Assembly: GCF_009834535.1 (NCBI RefSeq)
Contig: NC_045696.1
Coordinates: forward strand, 95,232,001-95,296,000
From: Camelus ferus
Taxonomy: Eukaryota
Length of the DNA stretch: 64,000 nt
Direction: 5' to 3'
Part shown: positions 1-12,680 of the stretch, one piece after another
Position numbering within the stretch: position 1 is the stretch's first letter
How the letters are laid out: every line of letters starts with the position of its first letter
The notes under the pieces: model-generated
What the model was told of the DNA's origin: nothing
What the model saw: the letters and a program-made list of their open reading frames with translations, nothing else
The model's database searches: none
Made by a program: the position numbers and the translations under genes

Positions 1-55
1 AAACTGAGCACTCAGAGTGACAAACGTAAGGAATGAGAACTGAGGCCAGGCTCAC

Positions 56-232
56 CACGGGTTGCAATNNNNNNNNNNNNNNNNNNNNNNNNNNNNNNNN
101 NNNNNNNNNNNNNNNNNNNNNNNNNNNNNNNNNNNNNNNNNNNNNNNNNNNNNNNNNNNNNNNNNNNNNNNNNNNNNNNNNNNNNNNNNNNNNNNNNNNN
201 NNNNNNNNNNNNNNNNNNNNNNNNNNNNNNNN
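56..232 (-). CDS. Putative internal exon of an unidentified minus-strand gene, mostly hidden by Ns; frame unknown
   Basis: On the minus strand a pyrimidine tract (ttttctgcttttgtt) runs into the N block. After the Ns, ATTGCAACCCGTG|GTGAGC forms a good 5' splice site (GT at 55-54). The acceptor AG is inferred to lie inside the Ns, and coding status is not shown. Confidence 0.45.
69..232. other. N-run (gap or masked block), 164 nt
   Basis: Continuous n from 69 to 232, counted directly. Confidence 0.99.
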
Positions 233-1504
233 AACAAAAGCAGAAAATGCCATCTTAAAAAAATTAAAATCCACAAATCTTAAAAAAAATCATAATAATG
301 CAAGCCTACCACTTGAATCTATGGGTGTTTCACACAAAGTATTGTCCAAATCACTTTATATTTCAAATAAATAATAAATTCACTCAAATACATTATCAAA
401 ATGAGGTATTAAAGACATATGGAAAAAGTTTAAAGCTTCTTCTAAAGAAGTTCCTGTACTTTAATATTAGCCCTAATATTTCTAGATCCAAGTTTAAAAA
501 TCTACAAACTGCCAAGGTAACACTAAAACATAGAATATCAAATAAAAATATTAGGCTCCTTCCATGATATTTTCTGGTTGATTTTAATAAACCCAAAAGA
601 GTCATAAAGTTTTACCATCTATTTTTACGTATTGGGCTGTAAGGAAATGAACTTAGAGGACTCAAGGCTCACTGTATCTTCAGTAAAACGCCTTTACACA
701 TATCTCATAAAAAGTAAACTGAAAATTCCTTCTAAGCTTTATAAGACCACATATTAAAAAAGCTACAGATGAAAAGAAGAAAATTCCCAGACACTTCCAC
801 TGAAATAGAGATTAGTAAGTATAATGAAATATTGGTGAAAAATAGAGCCTTTAACCTTTCAGCGATAAACCTAGTCTCCTTCGCCCAAGAACTGTAAAAC
901 AACAGAACTAGGCATATTTACCCTCCAAAAATGTATAGTATAAAATGGAGAAACAAAGTAAGTGACTATAAAATAAGAAATGTGAATATACCTTTCTTTC
1001 GGAATGATCCTTCTCGTTAAAATACCCACTAAGGTCTGTATTATGTAACACTGTGAGGGACTGACCCATATTATTTCAATATAATCTTGTCAAGTCATAT
1101 TGATAGTAACCTATCTCAATTACTACCTTGACACTTTCTTTCACCAATAAATCTAATTAGAACTGTTTGTGAGGGTAAAAGAAAGATTTAATTGAAGCCA
1201 TCAACCACCCACCTTCTCGAGCCTTCTTTGGTTTTTCTAAGAAAAATCTATTTACCATAATTTGACCTTGTACTGTTAAATCGACTCAGGAAACTGATGT
1301 TTATGTTTGTGATAAAATCTGTCACAATTCTAATTTGAACACTCTACTTCTGGCTTGTTTTGATTAAGGTTTTTAGGAATAAGTTTACACACAGGCTAAT
1401 ATAGAATACTGTCTGTTAACAAGCTTTATGCCATAAAGAATTACTAATAATATTTTAAATCAGGAGGCACAGGGGACAGTAGTTCACAGCAAGGGCCGCA
1501 CAGG

Positions 1505-1690
1505 TCTCAAGATCTGGGGTAGAGAGACTTAGCTCTCTCACTTATCAGCTGCACGGATTGCATAAAAAACTAACTTCTTTAAGCTTTGGGCTTTTCATTC
1601 ATTTCAAAATTGCTGTATAACCTACACCATGGGTTCATTATGAAGATTAAAGAAGATAATGTACCGTCACACCCTAGGCACTGTGAGCAC
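1505..1690 (+). mobile_element. MIR SINE relic
   Basis: cacttatcagctg...taacttctttaagc...tatgaagattaaagaagataatgt resembles the MIR core. Confidence 0.6.
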
Positions 1691-2541
1691 TGAGAGGCAG
1701 AGGGAAGATTAGAAGCAGCAATTACCACCACCTCCAGCACATTTTAAATTCTATATCCAGTAACAGAAAAACAAAATATCAGCAGGAAGGTAATTTCCAT
1801 AGTATCTATTAGTGATGGCTATTGATAACTTCACAAGTAAAGTAACAGTTACATATCTATGACATTCTGTATGAAATCACCACGCTTGGTATCTGTTGAG
1901 ATCACGAGCAAAGTATTAGTCTAAAATCATCTGGATGCAAAACAACTTGTACAAAAACAGCGCTTCGAGTCACAAGATAAACCACAGAGAATGACTGGCC
2001 AACATAAATAAACTCATGGATGACACGTGGTCTGACTCCAGGGCTGTCCAGTTGAGGTCTTATAGGGGAAACTTGCTTTTTTTTTTTTTTTCTTCAGTAC
2101 AAAGAACATCTTGGCTCTAAGAGAAATTCTGGTTCTCAATATCTCCACATCACATTTCTCACTGAAATTGGATTTACTGAAGTGCAGATAAGCAGGGTTA
2201 TATCCACTTTGAGGATTCAGTTACTGTCAATTCACTGAGATCAGTTTCTATGGTTCCATAAATAGCACAGAGGCATCCCTAGGCCCTGAACCTGGCCTCG
2301 GCCACACTAGCGCTGGTCTCCCTCAGCACTTCATTCCAACGCCTCCCTTGGACAAAACCACCAAGGCCCTCCTACCTGTGAACACAGCCTGGGTGGAGAT
2401 AATGAGGAAGAGAAACCACATGCAAACCACCCTGTTCTGTAACAGTGCATCTCCAAACTTTTAATAGAAACTCAGACCTTTGGTTTTCATTTTGTCTTTA
2501 CTACATCTACTCAGGAAAGATGCCATTTTACCACATTTCTT

Positions 2542-2759
2542 TTTTTAAACCTTTTTTTCCATTTTTTTTTCAACTGAAGTATAGTCGGTATACAACGTGT
2601 TAATTTATGGTGTACAGCATAGCAATTCAGTTATACATTTCTTTTTTTTTTTTTTTACAAGCAGAAGAAGGGTTTGGGGTTTTACAGTTACACATTTCTA
2701 TATATTCCTTTTCATGTTCTTCTTCACTATAGACTATTACTAGGTATCAAATATAGTTG
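2542..2759 (-). mobile_element. 5'-truncated L1 3' end (artiodactyl-type) with 8-bp TSD CATTTCTT
   Basis: ctgaagtatagtcggtatacaacgtgttaatttatggtgtacagcatagcaattcagttatac...atatagtt matches the reverse complement of an L1 3' UTR. Poly-T tail at left; TSD at 2534-2541 and 2760-2767. Confidence 0.8.
2643..2684 (-). mobile_element. Tiny polyadenylated retro-insertion (28 nt plus poly-A) nested in the L1
   Basis: Flanked by 15-bp direct repeats cagttatacatttct (2628-2642) and cagttacacatttct (2685-2699). The minus strand reads TAAAACCCCAAACCCTTCTTCTGCTTGT followed by an A-run. Confidence 0.75.
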
Positions 2760-3840
2760 CATTTCTTACATAGGCTACCTTTCCATGCTCAGCTTGATTT
2801 GATTGCAACTGGAACCTTGCTTTCAAAAAAGCTATGTTCCTAAGAATCAATTGAGGATATTGTGTGGAAAAGTATGCAGACTACCAAGCCTCTCCCACAG
2901 AGTGTCCGTGGCAGTAGGGCTGGCAGCCCAGGGATCCGCATTTTAACAGTATTCCAGGTCACTCTGATTTGACAGAAAACACTACAAAATGCAAGTCTGC
3001 AAAGCCACACGAATTTTTCATTGACATGTGTGGAAAAAATAACAGACGTAGCCTCTGCAATTGATATTAGATAAACTTAGCTTCTCAGGAAGGTCAAAAC
3101 TTGCTTAATGCTGACTGTGCCGCTGAATAATTGTGGTTTGACAAATAAAAAGGTCAAAAATAAGTTAGAATAAACATCCTTTTCTAGAAAACTGCCTAAA
3201 ACCCTGGAGAAAACCAGCAGAGGCATCCTTTCTGTTGAGAGTTAAGGTAAATATGACACTGGTACCTTTCCAGCTTCATCCATCTCTTGAGTTCCCAGCA
3301 CCGTACCTCAACAAGTATTTGCAGGATGAATAAAGGAACATTTCTTACACAATGCTTAAAGGTGAATTCTACTCTAATTCTGTGCTGGAGACCATGAAGA
3401 TAATAGAATAAAAACTAGATCTAATACCAAATTTTGACTCTGAGTTGTACTAACCTAATGATGCTTTTATTCAGAGGCCAGTAATTTGAACAGACAACAA
3501 AGCTTGCCATGAAAAAGGGAGAAAACAAGGAAAGGCCTGCAGATTTCACTAGAGAGAAAGAAGATTTGTGCAGGAGTCCAATATATTTGGCATTCGAAAA
3601 CTTATACAGTGACAATACATTCTAAAAATCTAAGAACAAAAATTCCGTCAGTACCTAGTGCTCACATACGCAGATTCTTGTATGGGAACTACGACTCTGA
3701 ACCATCCAGAGATTTCACCTCAAGATACAATAAATTGGGCTGCTAGGGTTAATACAAAAATATAAAGCAGCTTTTGTTCAGTACTGATTGCTACACGTAG
3801 CTCCACTTACTGCCATGTAATTGCAGATTTTTATCAACCA

Positions 3841-4050
3841 TAGCTTGGTTCGAACAGCAGCGTTGTTACTTACTTGCTGTGTGTCCCTGCAGAAGTTGGT
3901 TACATTCTCTGAGTGGTCATACCTTTTCTGTAGAACAGTAACAATACGATTGATCTCACTGGCGATGTATGAGGATTGAGCAAGATAGTGAGGCCAACCT
4001 CATACATGGCTCCTGGTATACATAACTTGCTGTCAATAAATATTAATTAT
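3841..4050 (+). mobile_element. MIR SINE relic
   Basis: ttacttacttgctgtgtgtccctg...tatgaggattgagcaagatagtg...tcaataaatattaattatt resembles MIR. Confidence 0.75.
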
Positions 4051-6044
4051 TTTTCTCTCTTTGCTTAAGCTCTCAAGCTAATGACAAGTAGCAGCTGTTT
4101 CACCCTGCACCGTTATCTGTTAAAAGTACTAAAAATAATACACGTGGCAAAACTCAGTGTCAGTGCATGTCAATCATCAATAATGTAACATAAGCTTGCC
4201 CCTTAATCATCATTCTGTATTTGTCACATCCGCTAAGGAAAAATGCCATTCTAATATGCTTCTCACAGTGTTATGTTTCTGAGGTTTACTTTTGTTGACT
4301 GCACTAAAATCTTACTTTCAATAAGCTGGCCAGCTGACTAGCAGGCCACTCTAGAGAGCCTGTACCATAAATACCTTAGGCTCCATTCAAGGAGGCTTTT
4401 TATAAGTTGCCACAACACAGATTCCAAAAACATCACTGTAATGCATATATTGTATACTTTAAGGAAATGGAGAAAGTTCAATAAAATATTGACACAGAAT
4501 GAGTTCACTTTGCTCTAATAATTTCTCTACATCTTTAAATTAAAAGTAATCTGTCCAAAAAAAGTAAGAACAAATTCCAAAAGCCTCTATGAGATCAACA
4601 ATTTTGATCAGAGATCACCTGAGGCCAATGGAGAGCTCAAGACACCACGTCCTCAGTTTCTGAGGTTCAAACTGTTGAATTGTGAATTGAAGGACTTTCT
4701 CATTAGCCTTTGAAACTGGCACAAAGTGTGTGATTCTAACAAGGGAAGACGTACATTTAGATTGATTGTTTGAGCCTCAAAATAAATGCCTGGTTAATTT
4801 TTAAACATCAGAGTCTAATACACTGTACTTTAAAATTATTACATAGTATGGATTACCATGTATTATTACATATACTACATATCTAAAATGATACCTATGT
4901 GATGTATGTGGTGAGGTATAAATTGCAGAATAAAGATAAAACTGAATGGAGCTAGAGATGGCAATTTAGAGATATAAGAAAACTATTTCTCAGCTTTTTT
5001 CAATATTTATTTAAGAATTAGCTAACAATCAAAAATAAAACATTGTACTTAGACTAAGCTGGCTAAACTTAGTAAAACAAAAAAACCCCAAAATTCTATT
5101 TGAAAACTGGAAAAAACTAATTTCCCATTTTTAATTATACTTCTTCTACCTAAAATAAAAGGAATATTGTGACTTATGAGGTCAGAATGTAAAAAGACAC
5201 TTTATTAAGCTGCCAAATGGTAACTGTGTGGTAGGATTAAAATTACTGAGTCATATTTGGGTAGATTCTGGAAATAAAAGGGCAATGAAAAAATTATAAG
5301 GGTACCAGCTAATACTCAGAAGTCTTTTCCAACTTTCACTGGTAGACTATTCAACCTGCAACCATTTAGTTCAATTCTTAAAACAAAACTAATATTTCCT
5401 TTGGAACAGCTGAGATAGGCAAATGTTTTTGAAGCACTTTCTGGAGATATCCATCGCTCAGATATTGGCCAGAAACTCTGGCAAAGGAAACTGGTAGCTT
5501 CCTATTGAAAATAACTGGCTTTTGGTTGGCTTTTTTTTTTTTTTTCCAGCTAAGATGGTACAAATATCTCAGAAAAATTTTGCAAAAGGGAAAAAAATTG
5601 GCAATCAAGAAATATCACTGCAGCACACTTTTCCAAAAATGTTTTTGTGGTTCTGTCATGCTGTTTAATTATCTATTCTAATGCAAGGGTGAATACATTT
5701 ACATATATAATATTAATTTTAAAATTATAAGTACCTAGTGGTGAGAAATGTATGGCAGTTTAAAAGGTGATTAACTTTAAGAAAAATTATACTTCACACA
5801 CACACAAATATGCATACACATGCATATATGCTCAAGCATTTTGTTTTCCTTTAGGTGAATGAATATAAGTTTAATTAGCTCTAGGAATTACAGTTTATTG
5901 GCTTTTACAAATATCAAAAATAAGTTAATTGCATCTAACACATAGGATATTGTAGCTCTTAAATGTGTATCTCCTTATGATTCACTTGTTTCCATAAAGG
6001 GCTTGTGTCTGTTTACAAGAATATACACATCCTAAAAAGAAATT

Positions 6045-6271
6045 CAAGGTTTCTCAGCCTCAGCTCTACTGACATGTGGGGCCGGATAAGACTTTGTTGT
6101 GGGGGCTGTTCTTGCCGTTCGTTGCAGGATGCTTAGCACCACACCTGGACTACTAGATGCCTACAACACTCCTGTCCTCGGTTACAATCATCAGAACTGT
6201 CTCTAGATACTGCCAAATGTCCCTGGGAGTCAGGGGCAACAAAGTCATCTCCAGCTGCAAGCTAACCACTG
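6045..6271 (-). mobile_element. MER20 (hAT-Charlie) DNA transposon relic
   Basis: caaggtttctcagcc...ggggccggataagactttgttgtgggggctgt...ctagatgcc...tgccaaatgtccctggg...accactg. Confidence 0.85.
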
Positions 6272-6299
6272 CTTAAAGCTAACGCAGTTTAATGGGGGC

Positions 6300-6700
6300 A
6301 ATATTAGTCTGCTGAGGCCGCCATAACAAAATACCATAGACGGGTGGTTTAAGAAACACAAATGCATTTTCTCACAGTTCTGGAAGTTATAAGCCCAAGA
6401 TGATGGTTCTGGCCAATTTGGTTTCCAGTAAGAGCTCTCTCTTTGGTTTGCAGACAGTCACCTTATTGTTTCCTTACATGGCCTTTCCTTGGTGCGTGCA
6501 CAGAGAGAGAGAGAAAGCTCACTGATGTCTCTTACAAAGACTCCAATCCCATCAGATCAGGGCCTCACACTCAGAATGTTAACCTTAACTACTTTAACCT
6601 TAATTATCTCCTTAGAGGCCCCATCTCCCCATATAGCCACATCAGAGACAGGGCTTCAACATATGAATTTCAGGGGGACACAAACATTCAGTCAGTAAAA
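6300..6700 (-). mobile_element. MLT1 (MaLR) solo LTR with 5-bp TSD GGGGC
   Basis: attagtctgctgaggccgccataacaaaataccatagac...ttctcacagttctgg...gggcttcaacatatgaatttcagggggacacaaacattcagtc. GGGGC occurs at 6295-6299 and 6701-6705. Confidence 0.9.
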
Positions 6701-7640
6701 GGGGCACACATAATTTAACAACTGCCAACCTAAAGTTATTTGTAAATAGCTTTAAATATTTTCATGTACCATTTAAATGTAAACACATTTAAGTTCTGGG
6801 AATTTCCTCAAGCATAAGATAACGGATTTGTACTATAAAACCTAAACTCTGAAGTGGGAGGTTGACCAGTTATTCCTTTTAATTTTGCCAAATTCTAACA
6901 GCTGCTGCTTCTGAAAAGTTTCAAGGTATGAATATGTTAGTTTCAATATTTGTTTGCTGAAAAGCAAATAAAGACTGTGTCGTATCAAAGACTAAACAAT
7001 TAAATTCCAAAATCCTATCGATAGCTCTATTCACTTGTTAACGAGAATACTGAAGATGCTGACTTTTCTTCCCAAAAGGCAAGCAACACTTTCTTGATTT
7101 TACTTCCCTACAGAAAGTTGTTTCAGGATAACTAAAAGTTAGACATGTATACTGAGAAAGATAAATTAAGGAGTCAGAGAACCCAGAAGAATAAAGTTCT
7201 CTGAATGCCAACTGCAATTCTGCTGGACCCATTGCATAGCACTGTTTTCAGTCACGTGTAGATGTGTACACGTGCCTGTATGTAATGATGCATATAAACA
7301 CACACACATGTTCACCCCAAATGTATACCTGTATCTCAACAGCAGCATATGTATTGCAAACTTAGACTCTGCTTTTGTTGCAAATTTAAGAAACCTACGA
7401 TACAGGACTAAAATGTTTATTTCATGTTTTATTTGAAAAAACACATAAGGATTTGTAGAAAGCTATGGAATAAAACCCAAAGGGACACTGGACTCGTTTG
7501 GCAGAAATTGCTAAAGTAGTCAAAACAGACACCTTCATTTTTCCCCTTTGACAGTCTCCATGGAGACTTCACAGATTTGATGTTATTGTTTGTTTGTTTT
7601 GTTTTGTTTTACAAATAGTATTCTATACTATACGGTAAGC

Positions 7641-7790
7641 CAGCTGACCCTTGAACAACACAGGGGGTGGCAAGGGGAGAGGGGGTGGGTGAAGGGTGTT
7701 AGGGACACCGACTCTGCACAGCTCAAAATTGGCACAGAACATTATAGCAGGCCCTTCTTTGGGGCAGTTGAATCTGCAGATTCAACAAGA
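7641..7790 (+). mobile_element. TcMar-Tigger family DNA transposon fragment
   Basis: Begins cagctgacccttgaacaacacagggg (Tigger-type terminus) and contains gcagattcaac. Subfamily not resolved. Confidence 0.7.
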
Positions 7791-9656
7791 CAACAAGAGC
7801 TGGGAGAATTTTCCCCTAGCAGTACGAGAAAATAGAAGCAGACATTTATAAATGTCTTTTCACTGAAATAGTCCCAATTTCCTTATATTACTTTACTACA
7901 GATCTAAAGTGTTTTCAAGTGAAATACAATGTAACACAAATTTGGATTTTTTTCCCCCTTTTCCTGATCCCATAAAAAGTTCATATTCAGAACTGTGGCT
8001 TAACGATTACTGAGACTGTCAGTAAAAGAAAGGAAAGGAAAGGAAAGTACAGACACACACATGCACAATCCTACACACAATCTATTCAGCCTAAATCTGT
8101 AATTATGCCATGGTCTGAAGGTTTGTAAAAGAATGTGGCAGACTCTGTTTCAGGGGCATTAAACTTTCTCTCATCCAAGCCTAATCTGATCTTAGGGTAG
8201 CGATTTTAGGTTAGACTTTTCTAGCTATTTAAAGAGGCCTCTCCAGTATTCAGATGTTCTAGGCACTATTTTAAAGAGCATTCCTAAGTTTGACGATGAA
8301 GATTCTTGGACATGAAAACCAATAGTGACATTTACAACATCCCAAAATACCCTCAATGCTGACGCAACAGCAGCGCACTCTAACTCAAACATCGGGATAC
8401 TATGACTTTTTTCCCAGAGAACTAAGGCGTTTTAATTGCACAACTCCCATTAATCATCTTGGAAATGGCATCCCTGAAACTCTACACATCTAGGTAAGTG
8501 TTATGTAATGCATGGAAGTCTGGTTAGCCACTGCTTGAGGAGGAGGTGGAGAGAGGGGGAAACGGCAACAAATCACACACACGTTCTTGTTACAAAAATA
8601 CCCTCCTTTCTCCAGCAGCTTTTGTCTGAGAGAGATCAGATATACATACAACTGTGACAGCAACAGTTATATCAGCACACAATTTTAGCTGCGAGTCATC
8701 TGAAGAAATCTTAGCCTCCTCAGAGGGGGCCTACAAGGATCTTATATTTAGAGTTGCTTTTGATGGGATGCTGTAAGCAGAGACAGTCTTCACTTCCCTA
8801 CCCCACAGAATCCCACAAAAGTGGGTAGCCATCGACAAAGCGCTGTAAAGGGTGTAGCTGGCACCTACTGTCGGCCACTATTCCACAGTCTTCCTGGGCT
8901 CCAAAGACGGGTCTGGCCAGCATCCCTGAGCCAAACCAGAGTCTCCATGACCTTGTGAAAGCCCAGTGACATTTGGTGGGTGCCAGCATCATTAAACAGT
9001 CCAACATTCGTTGGCTGCTTTTTTATAGGATCATAAAATTGGAAATGCCAGATCACTATGTTTCTATTCTTTTTTTCAATTGCTTCATTATTTTTTCGGT
9101 ACAGCAACTGTCAGACTTCTAAACTGTCTGTAGCAGAAACACTTCCGAAGTTTTATGGCATCCAAATCAGACACTCTTCAATTCTGGCTAATAATTAAAA
9201 GCCCCCAACATTTACATAATAAAATTTAGAGCTATTTGTAGCGCATGCCTTTCAATTGAGAAATACAAAATGTTTTACAAATAGTACCCAATTCATCATC
9301 GTTCCATTATTAGGTGCATTACAGCATGAGCGTCTCTATTATACTTCATAGAGCTTTCCAGAAGGTAAGAAGGAGGTAAACTTCTTAAGTCAAATGTACA
9401 TAATTTTTTCCTTAACAATCTGTTGGAAGACTTGTTTAAGCAGTTCTTTATAGACCTATTCCAGCTCTTGGTGCACTGATTAAGCAAAAGCTCTCCATCC
9501 ACAAATACCCCTCCGAAGGGGAGAGAGAAGGGTCTTTGCCCAAGGACACGTAACTGAACCCAGACAGTCTACCTGCAGAGTTGGTTCTCCTCCTCATTCT
9601 GCAGGAGGTAGGCATTCATACTTAGAACCACTTGGTCATCTTTATGGGTGTATGTT

Positions 9657-9791
9657 ATTTTTTTTAACATTTTTTGGGGGGGGTAATTAGGTTTATTTAT
9701 TTTATTTTTGGAGGAGGTACTGGGGATTGAACTTAGGACCTCTTGCATGCTAAGCATGCAGCTCTATTGCTTGAGCTATACCCACCCCCCC
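9657..9791 (-). mobile_element. Camelid-type tRNA-derived SINE
   Basis: Reverse complement of ggggg...tatagctcaagc...gcatgcttagcatgcaagaggtcctaagttcaatccccagtacctcc...aaataaacctaattacccc. tatgtt repeated on both flanks (9651-9656, 9792-9797). Confidence 0.9.
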
Positions 9792-11959
9792 TATGTTTTT
9801 CTAATCATTGCTCATACTAAACATAGATGACTTCAACCAAAATAGGTCAGAACCAAACGGATACTTCAACCCCCTTGAGTTCTACAAAGGAAGAGATATT
9901 TCACAATACAAGCAACTAATTTTGGAGAAGACTAATCCACATAGTATTTCCAAAGTGTAATGGAAAAACATTTAGATTCTCTTTTAAATTTTCAGTTTCT
10001 CTGTCATTCTTTTTTTTTTTTCTCCCTCAGCAGGACCTGCACTATAGGATCAATGGCAGAAAATAAAATAATTGAGCACCAAATTAAATTTTGCTTCACA
10101 TCAGCCATGCCAACAAGAGTCCTAGTGAGGCACGAGGGTCTTAATATATCTATGGATTCCACGGACCTGGCCTCTGTGATTTGGATATACCACAAGTAAA
10201 GAAAAGGTGGTTGTACATAGAAAAGAGAATATATTGTATATATTAACATGAAAAATATAAAGTTAGACAATAATATAGAGAGGATGGTAGGCTTTAAGTC
10301 TTTTAATTAGTAATATAAAGGAAACTAAAGGAAATCAAAGAGGTAAAACACTTTGGTGAAGTCAGTTCAAGAATGATAACAGACACCATTACTTTGTATT
10401 TACATGAAGCATTTGTTATATTTGTACCTTCTAGATCCTACATATGCCTACAAATATAGGAAAGTAAACTGTTTTTACATATCTAAGATGATAACATTTA
10501 TTGTTAGTTATGATAAACTTTAAAGTCTAATGTTATGCAATGTTTTCAGTCTCGTTTCAATATTTCCATTGTAAATCTTCCATCAAAGCCCACTAGATGG
10601 GAGAGTGCATATTATGCATGTGACTAGTGCTTAAATAATTTTCTAAACTGTAACAGATGTCCGAAACTTTGTCAGTTTTATGTAGAAATTACTACATCAC
10701 ACTGCTCTCCAGTCTCTTAGAGACATCACTCACTTTGCCAAATAACAGAGACCCTTCCTTTCCCCCAATTTTTCACTCAGACTCCTCCATAAGCCTCTGG
10801 GATTCCCTAACTTAAAACAAATGTGGTTACTTTCTGATCTCACAGATTCTGCCTCAAGTCCAGCCATTAAATGCTACTGCCTCATGTAAACAACAATGAC
10901 AGAGCACGAAGAAAAGGTGAGGTGACAAAGGTCCTCACCACTGCTGACCACTGTCTCCTTCAGACAGATCCACTTTGTACTTGAACAAAATGTGCTCAAT
11001 GCCTCTGGCTCTGTCCCTGTAGGGAAAGTGCTCCCCTCCCCCACACCCCCATGACAATTTGCTAAAATTGTGCAGAGCCATCAGCTCTCTCTCAGACTTC
11101 AGGTTGCCGCGAGGAGAAAGACAATTGGCTCCCGGACCCAGAACACGTCTCTATTGGATGCTGACTGCAGCAGCATAGGTGGTAAGGGTGAAAAAAAATC
11201 TCTTAAAGTGAAAAAGCAGCATCACAACCCAGGTTATCTGAGACTGTCTCCTCCTCGGCCCCTTCCCCCATCCTCAGAGACTTCCACCAGCTAGCTTTTT
11301 CAAGGCAGGTCCCCAAACGTCTAAAAGAATAACAGCCAGCAGCAGTTACTTAAAAATTATCGCTGGGACTACAACTGGAAAAGTCTCAGAGTTTTCAGAA
11401 GGAATTCCCTCTATTTCTAGTATCTCTGAATAACTTTTTGAAAAATATTCCATTTTAATAATAAAGAAAAGGAGATGACTACGAACTGTGGAACTCTTAT
11501 AAAAACATCTCTAAGATGTGCCTCTGAGGCAGAAGGTTAGTGAAGTCATGACTCAAACACAGGCACTGGACAAGCTTCATCATTACAAGGTGCTCTGTAC
11601 TAAACGGCAATCAGAGACCGCGGAGCATGTCTTACGTGCTTGCTGAAGATGAAAAGTATGGAGATGTTGGGCCGCACAGGAGCGTCAGCCATGGCAACAC
11701 TGTTTTATAATAAGCCAGAATGTGAACGTAAGAGGGAAAGGCACAGGCAGGCTGTCACATGATGTTTTTCTCTTGCGATCGTATCAGATACATTTAGGCT
11801 GAAAGCCTGGATCTGCTAAACACCAGGCTTGGGTGCATTAAGTGAGTAAAGCAACGTACCTGTGAATTTTACACCCTTTACCTCTGGCTAAAGCAGGTGT
11901 CTGCTAGTAGACACAATTGTTGTACCTTCCTTGGCATTCTGTACATGGCTCCCTCCCCA

Positions 11960-12105
11960 CAGGGTCCCAGGGCTTCACTGCCTGCTCACTACAGGTCTTC
12001 CTCCCATGCCGACCACCTCCTGAAGGGGGTGGCTGCCTCAACCTTATGCCCACAGCCCCACCCAGCTCCACAAGCCCAATAAACGTTTGCGAAATGAATG
12101 AGTCC
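11960..12105 (+). mobile_element. L2 3' end relic
   Basis: Ends caataaacgtttgcgaaatgaatgag, typical of the L2 terminus. Confidence 0.55.
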
Positions 12106-12489
12106 CAATCGTATTTCAGAATGTCGGATATTCTGTTCAGTTCAGTAGTTCTCAAACTTCCCTCCTGCATTCTCGCCTGGACCTCTGTCAACTCACACAC
12201 TGCGGGCCCATTTTCTCTCAATTCATTGTATTTCCCTTCTCCCCTAGTCTCCTGCCATTTGCTCCTTTTTCTGGTAACTTCTAACGACCATCATCCAACC
12301 ACGACTTGGTACTCTGCTCCAACACAAGTAAGAAAATGGCCACTTGCTGGCTTCACCTGTGCCCTGAGCGTGTGAGCTCCTCCTCCTCAGGCCTGGGTGA
12401 TCTGCACACAGGAACTGTGCCAGGACTTGACGTAAAAAAGCCGCAGAGCCCCAGCTCACTGTTCAGATCACATCACCTCGAGTCATCAA

Positions 12490-12680
12490 AGTTGTCTGTT
12501 CCAATGCCAACTCTGATACTGATTAGCAGTGAGGCTTTGGGTTAATTACTCAGCCTCAAGCAACTTCAACGTCCTCTTCTACACAAACGGAGATGAGAAT
12601 ACCATCCCAGGGATGGTGTGACGCTGAGGTGAGAGCATGACGGCCCTCAGCCACGCTGAGGCACGTAGTGGGCGGGCAGC
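12490..12680 (+). mobile_element. MIR relic
   Basis: gctttgggttaattactcagcctc...ttctacacaaacggagatgagaatacc...gtgacgctgaggtgagagcatg. Confidence 0.6.

Noticed and set aside
69-232. Idea that the 164-nt N-blocks are masked U1 snRNA copies (human U1 is 164 nt)
   Set aside because: The flanks show no snRNA 3' box, recognisable proximal sequence element or target-site duplication. Exon-type splice signals explain the flanks better.
9721-9791. tRNA-like A/B boxes in four places
   Set aside because: They are the heads of tRNA-derived SINEs with A-rich tails and TSDs, not tRNA genes.
10005-10200. Plus-strand NAGNAG acceptor after a T-run, followed by a short ORF
   Set aside because: The tract is a simple T homopolymer, the downstream donor is weak, and the peptide is unrecognisable.
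11917-12375. 152-aa ORF
   Set aside because: It spans an L2 3' end and low-complexity pyrimidine-rich sequence, with Ser/Pro/Leu-rich composition typical of non-coding frames.
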